A DNA stretch of 64,000 bases, from contig CAYUSS010000001.1 of NCBI GenBank assembly GCA_964447515.1, positions 4,092 to 68,091 on the forward strand, given 5' to 3'. Below are positions 19,293-29,556 of the stretch, one piece after another. This stretch comes from an uncultured Candidatus Saccharibacteria bacterium. Lineage in GTDB: Bacteria > Patescibacteriota > Minisyncoccia > Minisyncoccales > GWA2-38-27. The notes beneath the pieces were generated by a model. The model was given only the letters and a program-made list of their open reading frames with translations. It had not been told where the DNA came from and did not search any database. The translations under genes and the position numbers were made by a program. Each line of letters opens with the position of its first letter. Within the stretch, counting starts at the first letter, position 1.

Positions 19293-20180
19293 GTGTTATT
19301 ATTTAACTATATGGAAAAAGACATACAAAAAATAACAATAGAAGACAAGAATTATCCGGAACTATTGAAAAAAATTAAAAAAGCACCGAAAACTCTTTAT
19401 TTCAAAGGAGAAATCAAATTTAATCAACCCTGCTTTGCTGTTGTGGGAACCAGAAGATATTCTTCTTACGGCAAGCAAGTTGCCTTGGAAATGGCTGGAG
19501 ATTTGGCAGAAGCTGGATTAATAATTGTTAGCGGCTTGGCTCCGGGAATTGATACTTTTGTTCATACAGCCGTAGTTGAGCGGGGGAAAAGAACAATTGC
19601 CGTACTTGGCACAGGTCTTGATGAAAAAAGCATTTATCCCAGAGAAAATATCAAATTAGCTAGAAAAATTGTTGAATTAGGAGGTTGTTTAATTTCAGAA
19701 TATCCTCCGGGAACTCCGGGCAGTCGTTTTACTTTTCCCGAGAGAAACCGAATAATTTCCGGCCTTTCTTTAGGCGCTCTAATAGTTGAGGCAAAAGAAA
19801 AAAGCGGGGCCTTAATTACGGCAAATTATACTCTCTCCCAAGAAAGAAAGCTCTTGGCTATACCGGGTTCAATTTATGCTTTAAACTCCCGCGGCCCTCA
19901 CATTTTAATAAAAAGAGGGGCAAAATTAGTTGAATCAGCCAATGATATTTTGAAAGAGTTGAACCTCCCTCAAGAATCAACGAGGCCCGTCCTCGTTGAA
20001 GGAGATACCGGAAAAGAAAATCTTATCCTGGATTCTCTAAAACAAGAATCTCTATATATTGACAAAATCATTGAAAAAACTAAACTTTCAGCTGCCACCG
20101 TAGCCAGCATTCTTACTGTTTTAGAAATGAAAGGAAAGGTAAAAAACTTAGGAAGAAACATTTATGCGCTTAGGCGCTAA
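19293..20180 (+). CDS. dprA: DNA processing protein DprA
   Basis: Rossmann-like SGLAPGIDTFVH...GTGLD. An in-frame hairpin repeat at 19979-19997 encodes ESTRPVLVEG. Confidence 0.8.
   Translation: MLLFNYMEKDIQKITIEDKNYPELLKKIKKAPKTLYFKGEIKFNQPCFAVVGTRRYSSYGKQVALEMAGDLAEAGLIIVSGLAPGIDTFVHTAVVERGKRTIAVLGTGLDEKSIYPRENIKLARKIVELGGCLISEYPPGTPGSRFTFPERNRIISGLSLGALIVEAKEKSGALITANYTLSQERKLLAIPGSIYALNSRGPHILIKRGAKLVESANDILKELNLPQESTRPVLVEGDTGKENLILDSLKQESLYIDKIIEKTKLSAATVASILTVLEMKGKVKNLGRNIYALRR
19979..19997. repeat. AACGAGG-CCCGTCC-TCGTT hairpin inside dprA (reverse orientation of the aacgaggacgggcctcgtt unit at 36572)
   Basis: Exact reverse complement of the 36572-36590 unit. Confidence 0.6.
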
Positions 20181-20232
20181 TTTTCAATTATCAATTTTCA
20201 ATCATCAAATTATCAACTAAAAATTAAAAATA

Positions 20233-22293
20233 ATGCAGCTTATTATAGTTGAGAGTCCTGCAAAATCTCATACCATCGAAAAATTTTTAGGCTCAGAATA
20301 CAAAGTTCGGTCTTGTTTTGGACATATCCGAGATTTGCCAAAAAATGAACTCGGCGTTGATACTAAACACAATTTTAAACCAAAATATGTTATTCCTCCT
20401 AAATCAAGAAAGGTTATTCGAGATTTGAAAAACGAGGTCCAAAAGGTGCAGACTACCATTTTGGGTGTGGACGAGGATAGAGAAGGAGAAGCCATTGCCT
20501 GGCATCTTAGCCAAGCCCTTAATCTGAAAGATCCCCAAAGAATTGTTTTTCATGAAATTACCAAATCAGCAATTGAAGGAGCCTTAAAAAATCCCAGACA
20601 AATTGATATGGACTTAGTTAATGCTCAGCAGGCAAGAAGAATTTTAGATAGAATTGTTGGCTACAAACTTTCGCCCTTTCTATGGAAAAAAGTAGCCCGA
20701 AGATTATCTGCCGGAAGGGTTCAGTCGGTTGCAGTAAGATTGGTGGTAGAAAGAGAAAGAGAAATTGAAAATTTCAAACCGGCTGAGTACTGGACAATTG
20801 AATCCTTGTTGAAAAAACAAGAAGCTGCACAGGTTAGACCCGTGCATAATGAATTTAAAGCTTTATTAGCCAAAAAAGATAATAAAGTTATCCCAAAGCT
20901 CGGGATAAAAAATAAAAAAGAAGTAGACAAAATTGTCAAAGATTTAAAGGGAGCGGAATATAAAGTTGAAAAAATTGAGAAAAAAGAAGTAAAAAAGAAT
21001 CCTTTACCGCCTTTTACCACCAGCACCCTGCAACAAGAATCTTGGAAAAGATTTCATTTTCCAGTAAAATTTACAATGGGGGTAGCTCAACAACTTTATG
21101 AAAGGGGATTTTGCACCTATCACAGGACAGACTCTTTAAATCTTTCTGATTTATCTTTATTTGCTGCTAAAAAATTTATTGAGGCAAATTACGGCAAGGA
21201 ATACTGGGCAGGTTTTTTGAGGAAATATAAAACCAAAACTAAAGGAGCTCAAGAGGCCCATGAAGCAATACGCCCCACCTTTCCAAATAAAGTTCCTGAT
21301 GATTTGAAAACAAAAGCAAAGCTTGATAACAATCAATATCGTCTTTATAACCTTATCTGGCGAAGATTTATCGCATCACAAATGGCTCAAGCTCGTTTCC
21401 ATTCCACTGCCGTGGATATTCAGTCCAAAAACTATACTTTCCGGACCGCAGGGCAAATATTAAAATTTGATGGGTTTTTAAAAGTTTACCCAATACAATT
21501 TAAAGAAACTGAATTGCCAATATTAGAAAAAGAAGAAATTTTAGAATTAGTAAAACTTATTCCCTCTCAACATTTTACTCAACCGCCTTCAAGATATAGT
21601 GAAGCAACCTTGATTAAAACTTTAGAGCAAAATGGTATAGGCCGTCCTTCAACCTATGCTCCAATTATCTCTACTATTCAGGCAAGAAATTATGTTGAAA
21701 AAGACGAAAATAAAAAATTGCGACCATCTGAAATCGGCAATGTGGTTACTGAGCTCTTAATAAAACACTTTCCTAAAATTGTTGAGATTAAATTTACAGC
21801 TAATATGGAGAAGGATTTAGATAAAATTTCCCAGGGCAAAAAAAAGTGGGTGCCGGTTATCCGAGAATTTTACCAACCCTTTGCCAAAAACTTAGAAAAA
21901 AAATATCAAGAAGTTTCTAAAAAAGACATAACCGAAAAACCGACCGGAAAAAAATGCCCAAAATGCGGAGCTCCTCTGCTAATTCGGCTGGGAAAATTTG
22001 GAAGGTTTTATGCCTGTTCTAAATTTCCAAAATGTAGATATACCGAGTCCTTAGAAGAAAAAACCTTAGGGATAAAATGCCCAAAATGCAGCAAAGGAAA
22101 TATAGTTGAAAAAAGAACTAAAAAAGGAAAAATATTCTATGCTTGCGACCAATTTCCCAAATGTGACTTTGCTTTATGGGACAAGCCGACCGGAGAAAAA
22201 TGCCCAAAATGCGACTCTTTGCTGGTTAAAAAAGGAAAGAAAATAAAGTGTTCTAACAAGGATTGCCAATTTGAAAAAAATGTGGCAGAATAA
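20233..22293 (+). CDS. topA: DNA topoisomerase I with C-terminal zinc ribbons
   Basis: TOPRIM N-terminus MQLIIVESPAKSHTIEKFLG, an active-site Tyr region, and four CPKCG/CxxC zinc-finger repeats. Confidence 0.9.
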   Translation: MQLIIVESPAKSHTIEKFLGSEYKVRSCFGHIRDLPKNELGVDTKHNFKPKYVIPPKSRKVIRDLKNEVQKVQTTILGVDEDREGEAIAWHLSQALNLKDPQRIVFHEITKSAIEGALKNPRQIDMDLVNAQQARRILDRIVGYKLSPFLWKKVARRLSAGRVQSVAVRLVVEREREIENFKPAEYWTIESLLKKQEAAQVRPVHNEFKALLAKKDNKVIPKLGIKNKKEVDKIVKDLKGAEYKVEKIEKKEVKKNPLPPFTTSTLQQESWKRFHFPVKFTMGVAQQLYERGFCTYHRTDSLNLSDLSLFAAKKFIEANYGKEYWAGFLRKYKTKTKGAQEAHEAIRPTFPNKVPDDLKTKAKLDNNQYRLYNLIWRRFIASQMAQARFHSTAVDIQSKNYTFRTAGQILKFDGFLKVYPIQFKETELPILEKEEILELVKLIPSQHFTQPPSRYSEATLIKTLEQNGIGRPSTYAPIISTIQARNYVEKDENKKLRPSEIGNVVTELLIKHFPKIVEIKFTANMEKDLDKISQGKKKWVPVIREFYQPFAKNLEKKYQEVSKKDITEKPTGKKCPKCGAPLLIRLGKFGRFYACSKFPKCRYTESLEEKTLGIKCPKCSKGNIVEKRTKKGKIFYACDQFPKCDFALWDKPTGEKCPKCDSLLVKKGKKIKCSNKDCQFEKNVAE

Positions 22294-22304
22294 AAGAACA
22301 AATT

Positions 22305-22391
22305 GCCGCGGTGGCGGAATTGGTTTACGCGTGCGATTCAAAATCGTATAGGAGAAATCCTGTGTGGGTTCAAGTCCCACCCGCGGCACCA
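22305..22391 (+). tRNA. tRNA-Leu (anticodon CAA), type II with long variable arm, CCA encoded
   Basis: Hand fold: acceptor GCCGCGG/CCGCGGC, anticodon stem UGCGA/UCGUA with loop UUCAAAA, variable arm AGGAgaaaUCCU, T-arm GUGGGUUCAAGUCCCAC, then A73-CCA. Confidence 0.8.
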
Positions 22392-22472
22392 TATAAAAAA
22401 TACCTCATTTGAGGTATTTTTTATTTTAATCAATGTATAAGTCCTCTACTTCTCCATATAGCATCAATCAAT

Positions 22473-22507
22473 GTTCAACGTCGGGTGTTCAATGTCGGGT
22501 ATTGAAC
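22473..22507. repeat. GTCGGGT-loop hairpin repeat overlapping the 3' end of the PAP2 gene
   Basis: gttcaacgtcgggtgttcaatgtcgggtattgaac. On the minus strand it encodes the C-terminal ...FNTRH plus the TGA stop. Confidence 0.7.
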
Positions 22508-23001
22508 ATAGGCCAGATTTTGTGGATTAGCCAGCCGGAAAATATTCCGACAAGAGCTCCGGCTAAAATGTCTAAGGGCCAATGGATGCCCACAAAAATT
22601 CTGGCTAAACAAATTAAAAAACTGGCTAAAAAAAACAAAAGTCCGGCTTTTTTATTGTAAAAATAAACAATGATGGACATTGCAAAAAAGAAAGCAGCAT
22701 GGCCCGAAGGAAAAGCAACCGAATTATGAGTTATAAGCAAATTAACGTGATTATGAATAAATGGTCTTGGTCTTTGCCAAAGCCAGCGAATTAACTCAAC
22801 AACAACAAATCTTGCCAAAACAGCCGAGATAATACTTTGAAAAACCATTCTCCAGTATTTTTTAAACCGTATTATCAGAAACAAAAACAGAGAGAAGATT
22901 AAAACATACTCAAAATACTCAGCAAAAAAAACGGCTAAAACATCTAACCAGAGCCATTTTAAAGCAAGTTGATTTATTTGTTCAAAAAAATATAAATCCA
23001 T
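22489..23001 (-). CDS. PAP2-family phosphatase (undecaprenyl-diphosphatase-like)
   Basis: PAP2 motifs PSGH and HWPLD. The last five codons and the stop lie inside the repeat. Confidence 0.7.
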   Translation of the reverse strand: MDLYFFEQINQLALKWLWLDVLAVFFAEYFEYVLIFSLFLFLIIRFKKYWRMVFQSIISAVLARFVVVELIRWLWQRPRPFIHNHVNLLITHNSVAFPSGHAAFFFAMSIIVYFYNKKAGLLFFLASFLICLARIFVGIHWPLDILAGALVGIFSGWLIHKIWPMFNTRH

Positions 23002-23018
23002 TATTCAAAGAAGAAAAT

Positions 23019-23055
23019 CGTTCAATACCGGGTGTTCAATGTCGGGTATTGAACA
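23019..23055. repeat. GTCGGGT-loop hairpin repeat overlapping the 3' end of folD (same orientation as 22473-22507)
   Basis: cgttcaataccgggtgttcaatgtcgggtattgaaca. It encodes the folD C-terminal ...FNTRH plus stop. Confidence 0.7.
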
Positions 23056-23866
23056 ATTTGATTAAATTTTCAAGCAAGTAGGCAACTGTCATTGGGCCTA
23101 CTCCTCCGGGAACAGGAGTAACACAGCTTGTTTTTTTAGAAACGCTTTTGAAATCTACATCCCCTACTAATTTTCCTTTTTTGAAAGATATACCGGCATC
23201 AATAACCACCACGCCCTTTTTAACCATCTTTCCGGTAATAAGATTAGGTTTGCCTACTCCAGAAATTATAATATCTGCTTTTTTAGTAAAAAAAGAAATA
23301 TTTTTGGTAAATTCATTAACAACTGAAAAGGTTACTTTCTTTTTACTCAGCCAAACGGTTAGCGGCAAACCAACTAATTTTCCAGCTCCAACCAAAACTA
23401 CATTTTTACCTTTAAGAGATATTTTATAATCTTTTAAAAGGCGGGAAATTCCAGCAACTGCTGGCGGTGAAAGAGCTAAACTTCCAGTATAAAACTTGCC
23501 CAGATTTATTTCCGATAAAGCATCAATATCTTTTTCTGGGGGGATAAGATTAAGAAATTCTTGAGGGGTAAATTTTTTAGGTAAAGGCAGTTGAATTATA
23601 GCTCCGGAAACGGTTGGTTTTTTGGCAATTTCAAAAATTTCTTTCTTCAGTTTTACCGGGCTAATTTTTGCTGGAAATTTAAATAATTTAAAACCAATCC
23701 CAAGAGTTTTACAGGCCTTTTCTTTTTGACGAATAAAAATTTTGGACACAGAATCTTCACCAATGAAAATTACAGCTAAACTTAATTTTAGACCTTGTTG
23801 CTTTATCTTTTTTTCAAGATTTTTTAGAATTTTCTCAGCTGATTTTTTCCCATCCAAAATTATCAT
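23036..23866 (-). CDS. folD: bifunctional methylenetetrahydrofolate dehydrogenase/cyclohydrolase
   Basis: MIILDGKKSAEKILKNLEKKIKQ...LAVIFIGEDSVSKIFIRQKEKACKTLGI. Confidence 0.85.
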   Translation of the reverse strand: MIILDGKKSAEKILKNLEKKIKQQGLKLSLAVIFIGEDSVSKIFIRQKEKACKTLGIGFKLFKFPAKISPVKLKKEIFEIAKKPTVSGAIIQLPLPKKFTPQEFLNLIPPEKDIDALSEINLGKFYTGSLALSPPAVAGISRLLKDYKISLKGKNVVLVGAGKLVGLPLTVWLSKKKVTFSVVNEFTKNISFFTKKADIIISGVGKPNLITGKMVKKGVVVIDAGISFKKGKLVGDVDFKSVSKKTSCVTPVPGGVGPMTVAYLLENLIKLFNTRH

Positions 23867-23909
23867 CTAAGTGTTCAAACTACCGAGAACCGTTCTCGCT
23901 AGATTGATT

Positions 23910-25151
23910 TTAAGGTAAAGGGAATTTCTGGCAGAGTTTCTTGATTTCCTTCCTGACCTTCAAGCAGGATTTTGGCTTTGAAATAATCTCATCAATCCAG
24001 AAAGCAATCTTTTTCATCTCTTTTCCTTTCATCCCCCTGGTTGTTATAGCCGGTGTCCCTAAACGAATTCCGGATGGCTTAAAGGGCGGATTGGGGTCAA
24101 AAGGAATAGTATTTTTATTAACAGTAATTCCGGCTTTTTCTAATCTGTTTTGAGCTTCTGCGCCTGAGATTTTTTTGTTTCTTAAATCAATTAAAATTAA
24201 ATGATTATCTGTTCCCCCGGTTACCAAATTAAAACCCTGCTTTAAAAGTTCTGAAGATAGGATTTTACAATTTTTTACTATCTGCTTTCCATATCTCTTA
24301 AAAGCTGGTCTTGAGGCCTCTTTCAAACAAACAGCAATGGCAGCAATGTTATTTTCATGAGGACCGCCCTGAAGGCCGGGAAAAACAGCTTTATCAATTT
24401 TTTTAGGAAGCTCTGGATCTTTTTTTAATCCTTTTCTGGTAACCATTATTATTCCTCCCCGGGGACCTCTCAGGGTTTTGTGGGTTGTAGTTGTAACCAG
24501 ATGAGCAAAAGGAACCGGGCTGGGATGAACGCCGGCTGCAATTAATCCGGCGATATGAGCTATGTCGGCCGAAAGATAAGCTCCAACCGAATCAGCAATT
24601 TTACCTAATTTTCTCCAATTAAAAATACGAGGATAAGCAGTAGCCCCTACCCATATAAGTTTTGGTTTTACTTTTTTGGCTAATTTTTCTATCTCCTGGT
24701 AATTAAGTAAATTTGTCCTTTCATCAACTCCGTATTGAATTGAATTATAAATTTTAGCGGAAAAATTTACTTTCCAACCGTGAGTTAAATGTCCGCCATG
24801 GGGCAGAGACATTCCCATTATTGTATCTCCGGGTTCACAAAGAGCGAAATAAACTGCCTGGTTTGCCGGTGAGCCGGAATAGGGCTGAACATTAGCATAA
24901 GACACTTTAAATAATTTTTTTACCCTCTCCTGGCAAAGAGTTTCAATTTTATCGTAAAACTCCAAACCTGCATAATATCTTTTCCCGGGATAACCTTCTG
25001 CATATTTATCTGTTAAAACCGATCCCAAAGCTTCTCTCACAGCCAGAGAACTATGGTTTTCTGAAGGAATCATCTCAAGGGTAGTTTTTTGTCTCTCTAT
25101 TTCTTTGGCAATGAGGTTGGAAATTTGAGGGTCAATTTTTTTTAATTTCAT
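23910..25151 (-). CDS. glyA: serine hydroxymethyltransferase
   Basis: PLP-site region TTTTHKTLRGPRGG and the N-terminal LEMIPSENHSS. Confidence 0.9.
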   Translation of the reverse strand: MKLKKIDPQISNLIAKEIERQKTTLEMIPSENHSSLAVREALGSVLTDKYAEGYPGKRYYAGLEFYDKIETLCQERVKKLFKVSYANVQPYSGSPANQAVYFALCEPGDTIMGMSLPHGGHLTHGWKVNFSAKIYNSIQYGVDERTNLLNYQEIEKLAKKVKPKLIWVGATAYPRIFNWRKLGKIADSVGAYLSADIAHIAGLIAAGVHPSPVPFAHLVTTTTHKTLRGPRGGIIMVTRKGLKKDPELPKKIDKAVFPGLQGGPHENNIAAIAVCLKEASRPAFKRYGKQIVKNCKILSSELLKQGFNLVTGGTDNHLILIDLRNKKISGAEAQNRLEKAGITVNKNTIPFDPNPPFKPSGIRLGTPAITTRGMKGKEMKKIAFWIDEIISKPKSCLKVRKEIKKLCQKFPLP

Positions 25152-25188
25152 AATTACCTTTCCTTAAAATTTTTGGAAGTTTTACATT

Positions 25189-25228
25189 ACGAGGACGGGT
25201 CTCGTTAATGAGACCCGTCCTCGTTTTA
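25189..25228. terminator. 15-bp-stem hairpin acgaggacgggtctc/gagacccgtcctcgt plus T-run (GACGGGT-loop hairpin family) between leuS and glyA
   Basis: Perfect 15-bp stem with a 6-nt loop, then TTT. Confidence 0.6.
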
Positions 25229-27706
25229 AATAACGAAATTAATTAATTTGTCGGGAACAAATATGGTCTTTTTAATCTTTTTTCCCTTTGTCCATTTTAC
25301 TATTTTTTCTTGAGATAAAGCAATTTTTTTAGCTTTTTCTTTGGAAATACCAGCTTCCTTTTCTATCTTATCACGAACCTTACCATTTATCTGAATAATC
25401 AAAGTTATAATCTTTTCTTTAACTAATTTAGGATTATACTGGGGCCATTTCTGCTCATGAATACTTCTTTTATAGCCCAATTGGCGCCAGATTTCCTCGC
25501 TAAGATGAGGGCCAAAAGGAGTAAAAATCTTCAAAAAGTTTTTAAAATCTTTTTTCCCTAAAGCATTTTTATCTAGTTGACAGGCATTACAAAATTCCAT
25601 TAAAGAACTAATAGCTGTATTAAATTTTAAACTTTCTATGTCTTCTGAAACTTTTTTAATAGTCTTATGAATCAATTTTTCCAATTCAGGAGAGCTCTTT
25701 CTTTTCTTTTTCTCCTGGCTAAGGAATTGAGAGCATATTTTCCAGACCCTGTCCAGAAATCTCTTTACTCCATTTAATCCTTTTCTATCCCAGGGAATCA
25801 TTTGCTCAAAAGGGCCCATAAACATTTCATAAATTCTCATAGCATCAGCCCCATAATCTTTTACAGCTTCATCAGGATTAATCACGTTGCCTTTTGATTT
25901 GGACATTTTGACTCCTCCCTGGCCAAGAACTACTCCATGAGCAGTCCGCTTGTTATAAGGCTCAGGTCCCAAAGATTTTGGTACCGCTTTTATATCCCAT
26001 AAAAATTTATAAATAAAACGAGAATATAATAAATGTAAGGTATTGTGTTCCATACCGCCGTTATACCAATCTACCGGCATCCAGTATTTCAGCAATTCTG
26101 GCTTAGCTAATTTTTTATCGTTTTGGGGGCCGCAATAGCGAAGATAATACCAATTAGAGCCAGCCCAATTTGGCATAACATCAGTTTCCCGTCTTGCCGG
26201 GCTGCCACATTTGGGACATTTAGTATTTAGCCATTCTCCGGCTTTCGCTAAGGGTGATTCGCCTTTTTCAGTAGGTTTGTAATTTTTAACTTGAGGCAAT
26301 TTTACCGGTAAATCTTTTTCCGAAACAGCAATCCATTTCTGGCAATTTTTACAAAAAACAAGCGGAATTGGTTCTCCCCAATAGCGCTGCCGAGAAAAAA
26401 TCCAATCTCTTAACTTGTAATAAACAGCTTCTTTAGCCAATCCTTTCTTTTTTAACCAATCCTTAATTCTTTCTTTAGCGGTTTCAGAATTCATTCCATT
26501 AAATCTTCGGGAATTAATTAAAACCCCCTCTCCCCCATAGGGCTCTTTAAAGCTGCCGTCAGAAACAACCAATGGAGCTTTTGAGGGCAGTTCTTTTTTC
26601 TTAGCAAAGGGTTTAATAACTTCAATAATTGGTAAATTATATTTTTTAGCGAAATCAAAATCTCGCTGGTCATGGCCGGGAACTGCCATAATTGCTCCAG
26701 TCCCATAATGCATCAAAACATAATCAGCAATAAAAATAGGAATTTCCCTATTATTAACCGGGTTTATGGCTTTAAGACCTCTTATTTTTATGCCGCTTTT
26801 TTCTTTGTCTTCACTAATTCTTTCTTTTTCTATTTTCTTTTTTGATTTTTCAACATAATCTTTAACAAATTTGTAGTTTTCAATTTGGTCTTTAAGTTTT
26901 TCAATCAAGGGATATTCCGGGGCTAAGACCAAATAAGTACATCCGAACAAAGTGTCTGTTCTGGTAGTAAAAACAGGAATTGATAGTTGAGAATCCGAAA
27001 TAGGAAATTTTATCTCTACTCCTTTACTTTTTCCTATCCATTCTTTTTGAGAAATTTTAATTCTTTCTAAATAATCAACCTTATCTAAATCTTGGATTAA
27101 CCTCTCAGCATACTTGGTTATTTTTAAGAGCCACTGCTCTTTTTCTTTTCTGATAACTTTTGTTCCACAACGTTCGCAGCGATCATTAACTACTTCCTCA
27201 TTAGCCAGTCCGATTTTGCAAGAGGAACACCAGTTTATTGGTATTTTAGCTTTATAAGCCAATCCTTTTTTAAAAAGTTGAATAAATATCCATTGGGTCC
27301 ATTTGTAATAAGATGGGTCGCTAGTATTAATTTCCCGGCTCCAATCAAAAGAAAGTCCCAATCTTTTCAGTTGTTTTTTAAAATTAGCAGTATTTTTTCT
27401 GGTAACAATTCTGGGATGAATTCCGGTCTTAATAGCGTAATTTTCAGTAGGAAGACCAAAAGCGTCCCAACCCATAGGAAATAAAACATTAAAACCTTCC
27501 ATCCTTCTTTTCCGGCTGACTATATCCATCCCTATATAACTTCGACAATGACCGACATGAAGTCCAGTGCCAGAGGGATAAGGGAATTCAACCAAAATAT
27601 AATATTTTTTCTTTTTTGACCTATCAGACGCTTGAAATATCTTTTCTCTTTTCCAAAATCTTTGCCATCTCAGTTCAATTTTTTTAGGGTTATATTTTGA
27701 AATCAT
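25226..27706 (-). CDS. leuS: leucine--tRNA ligase
   Basis: HVGHCRSY (HIGH) and KMSKS. Confidence 0.9.
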   Translation of the reverse strand: MISKYNPKKIELRWQRFWKREKIFQASDRSKKKKYYILVEFPYPSGTGLHVGHCRSYIGMDIVSRKRRMEGFNVLFPMGWDAFGLPTENYAIKTGIHPRIVTRKNTANFKKQLKRLGLSFDWSREINTSDPSYYKWTQWIFIQLFKKGLAYKAKIPINWCSSCKIGLANEEVVNDRCERCGTKVIRKEKEQWLLKITKYAERLIQDLDKVDYLERIKISQKEWIGKSKGVEIKFPISDSQLSIPVFTTRTDTLFGCTYLVLAPEYPLIEKLKDQIENYKFVKDYVEKSKKKIEKERISEDKEKSGIKIRGLKAINPVNNREIPIFIADYVLMHYGTGAIMAVPGHDQRDFDFAKKYNLPIIEVIKPFAKKKELPSKAPLVVSDGSFKEPYGGEGVLINSRRFNGMNSETAKERIKDWLKKKGLAKEAVYYKLRDWIFSRQRYWGEPIPLVFCKNCQKWIAVSEKDLPVKLPQVKNYKPTEKGESPLAKAGEWLNTKCPKCGSPARRETDVMPNWAGSNWYYLRYCGPQNDKKLAKPELLKYWMPVDWYNGGMEHNTLHLLYSRFIYKFLWDIKAVPKSLGPEPYNKRTAHGVVLGQGGVKMSKSKGNVINPDEAVKDYGADAMRIYEMFMGPFEQMIPWDRKGLNGVKRFLDRVWKICSQFLSQEKKKRKSSPELEKLIHKTIKKVSEDIESLKFNTAISSLMEFCNACQLDKNALGKKDFKNFLKIFTPFGPHLSEEIWRQLGYKRSIHEQKWPQYNPKLVKEKIITLIIQINGKVRDKIEKEAGISKEKAKKIALSQEKIVKWTKGKKIKKTIFVPDKLINFVI

Positions 27707-27714
27707 AATAGCTT

Positions 27715-27960
27715 AATTCTTAATCATTGCGGCTTCGCCGCATAATTGCGGCGTTCGGTTGAAATACAAAAATAAGAACCTTTCGTCGCTTCGCTCCTCA
27801 AGAACCTTGATTCGCTAGGGTATAATCATATTGCGGCTTCGCCGCATAATTGCTTCGCTCGGTTGAAAAAGAAAAATGAATTTTTCTTTTTCTCCCTCGT
27901 TTGCAATTATAGTCTTGAATTAAATTTTTGTATTTCTCCCTCACTTGCAATTATAACATA
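27715..27960. repeat. mosaic intergenic repeat (two partial tandem copies); inverted partner at 38395-38590
   Basis: attgcggcttcgccgcataattgc occurs twice. The segment 27841-27930 is the near-exact reverse complement of 38399-38488. It contains the palindrome gaaaaagaaaaat..atttttctttttc. Confidence 0.7.
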
Positions 27961-28008
27961 GTTAAATTCCTAAAAAAAGATAATTACTCCAAACGCACGG
28001 GCAAAGGC

Positions 28009-28037
28009 TTGACAAATATATTTTTATTTGATATAAT
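28009..28037 (+). promoter_or_regulatory. sigma70-type promoter (TTGACA-17-TATAAT) for the receiver-domain gene
   Basis: ttgaca aatatatttttatttga tataat, with the SD aaaggag 7 nt before the ATG at 28095. Confidence 0.6.
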
Positions 28038-28094
28038 ATTGTAGTATACGTTCTTTGACATCGGCTCTTAAAGAGCCTAAAGAAAGGAGAAAAA

Positions 28095-28433
28095 ATGAAG
28101 ATTTTGGTAGTTGATGACGAAGAAGAAATACGCGAGCTCCTTAAAGACTGGCTCGCTGCGACCGGTCAGAAAGTGTTCACAGCCCAAAACGGAGAAGAAG
28201 CAACCTATGCAATTAAAGAGCCCTCTTCATCGTTTGACCTGGTTATCACTGACACAGAAATGCCACAAATGGGAGGAGTAGAGCTAACCGAATGGGTTAA
28301 AACAAACTTCCCGAAAATTCCGGTTATTCTGATGAGCGGCAGAGAAGAACCAGCTAAACATCGGGCTGACGTTTTTCTGCCAAAACCTTTGCCCCTGAAA
28401 GAATTAGGGGAAATAATCGATTCCCTGAAGTAA
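28095..28433 (+). CDS. stand-alone response-regulator receiver (CheY-like) protein
   Basis: ILVVDDEEEIRELL...DLVITDTEMPQMGGVEL...LPKP. There is no output domain and no kinase nearby. Confidence 0.8.
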   Translation: MKILVVDDEEEIRELLKDWLAATGQKVFTAQNGEEATYAIKEPSSSFDLVITDTEMPQMGGVELTEWVKTNFPKIPVILMSGREEPAKHRADVFLPKPLPLKELGEIIDSLK

Positions 28434-28462
28434 CTCGACCTTTCCCAAGGAGCCAGATAAAT

Positions 28463-28495
28463 CCCTCACCACTTTTCCTAGAAAAGTGGTGAGGG
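28463..28495 (+). terminator. intrinsic terminator after the receiver gene
   Basis: ccctcaccacttttcctagaaaagtggtgaggg hairpin, followed a few nt later by ctggcttttttt. Confidence 0.55.
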
Positions 28496-28537
28496 GGTAA
28501 AACATCTGGCTTTTTTTCTTGTTTATCCTCAAAGAAA

Positions 28538-29395
28538 TTAAATTCTAAATAATTTCCTCGCGTTCTCCGTTGTCACTCTTGCCACTTCCTCAAAACTTAC
28601 TTCTTTTAATTCAGCTATTTTCTTTGCTACATATTTTATATATAGGGGTTCATTGCGGCCGGTCTTTGGCAAGGGGGTAAGATAAGGACAATCAGTTTCA
28701 ATTAAAATTCTATCCAGAGGAATTTTTCTAATGTTTTCTTGAAAATCAATCCCTTCAATGTTTTTGAAAATTATCCCATTAAAGCCAATATAAAATCCCA
28801 TTTCTAAATATTCTTCTGCCTGTTTCCATTTACCGGTAAAACAATGAATTACTCCTTTCAATCGTTCTTTGTTCTTTACTCTTTGTTCTTTGAGGATTTT
28901 TAGTAAATCATCATGGGCCATCCGGCAGTGAAAAATTACAGGAAGATTTAGTTCTCGGGCTAACTTCAATTGCACTTCAAATACCTCCTTTTGTTTTTCC
29001 TTGAACAATTCAAGTTTTCTTTTTGTTTTGGGTTTGTAATAATAATCCAAGCCAATCTCCCCTATCGCCACTACTTTTTCTGAACCGGCCAGTTCTTTAT
29101 ATTTCTGGTAATTAAATTCTTCTTCAGCAGTTTGAAATTGCTGAATTTCTTCCGGGTCAACTTTTATTTTCACCAATTGGGTTTCCAAATGAATCGGATG
29201 TAAACCAACTGCAGCCCAAACACCTTGTTCATAATTTTGAGCAATCTCTACTGCCCTTTTACTTGTCTCATATTTCGAACCAACATTAATGAGCCAGACA
29301 TTATTGTCCAGCGCTCGTTTTATCACTTCATTTCGGTCATCTTTATAGGCAGCGAAATTGAGATGAGCGTGAGTGTCAAAAAGCATAATTTTCAA
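28538..29395 (-). CDS. tatD: TatD-family metal-dependent DNase/hydrolase
   Basis: MLFDTHAHLNF... and the later HCF/ETD motifs. Confidence 0.8.
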   Translation of the reverse strand: MKIMLFDTHAHLNFAAYKDDRNEVIKRALDNNVWLINVGSKYETSKRAVEIAQNYEQGVWAAVGLHPIHLETQLVKIKVDPEEIQQFQTAEEEFNYQKYKELAGSEKVVAIGEIGLDYYYKPKTKRKLELFKEKQKEVFEVQLKLARELNLPVIFHCRMAHDDLLKILKEQRVKNKERLKGVIHCFTGKWKQAEEYLEMGFYIGFNGIIFKNIEGIDFQENIRKIPLDRILIETDCPYLTPLPKTGRNEPLYIKYVAKKIAELKEVSFEEVARVTTENARKLFRI

Positions 29396-29556
29396 TTTTT
29401 AATTCTCAATTTTCAATCAATTTTAAATTTTACAATTTTCACACTAATAATAGCTGAAGTTTTAGGTTCAAGCAAATATAAAAATAAAAAAAGACCACCA
29501 AGGAAAAATTTCCGGTGACCATTTTGGTTTTGGGTTGTTATCTATTTGTTTCGATA

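Noticed and set aside
29396-29460. Tandem AT-rich near-repeats (aattttcaa units; also 20181-20232) considered as a CRISPR array
   Set aside because: Units are short, degenerate and contiguous without spacers; no cas genes. This is promoter-proximal low complexity.
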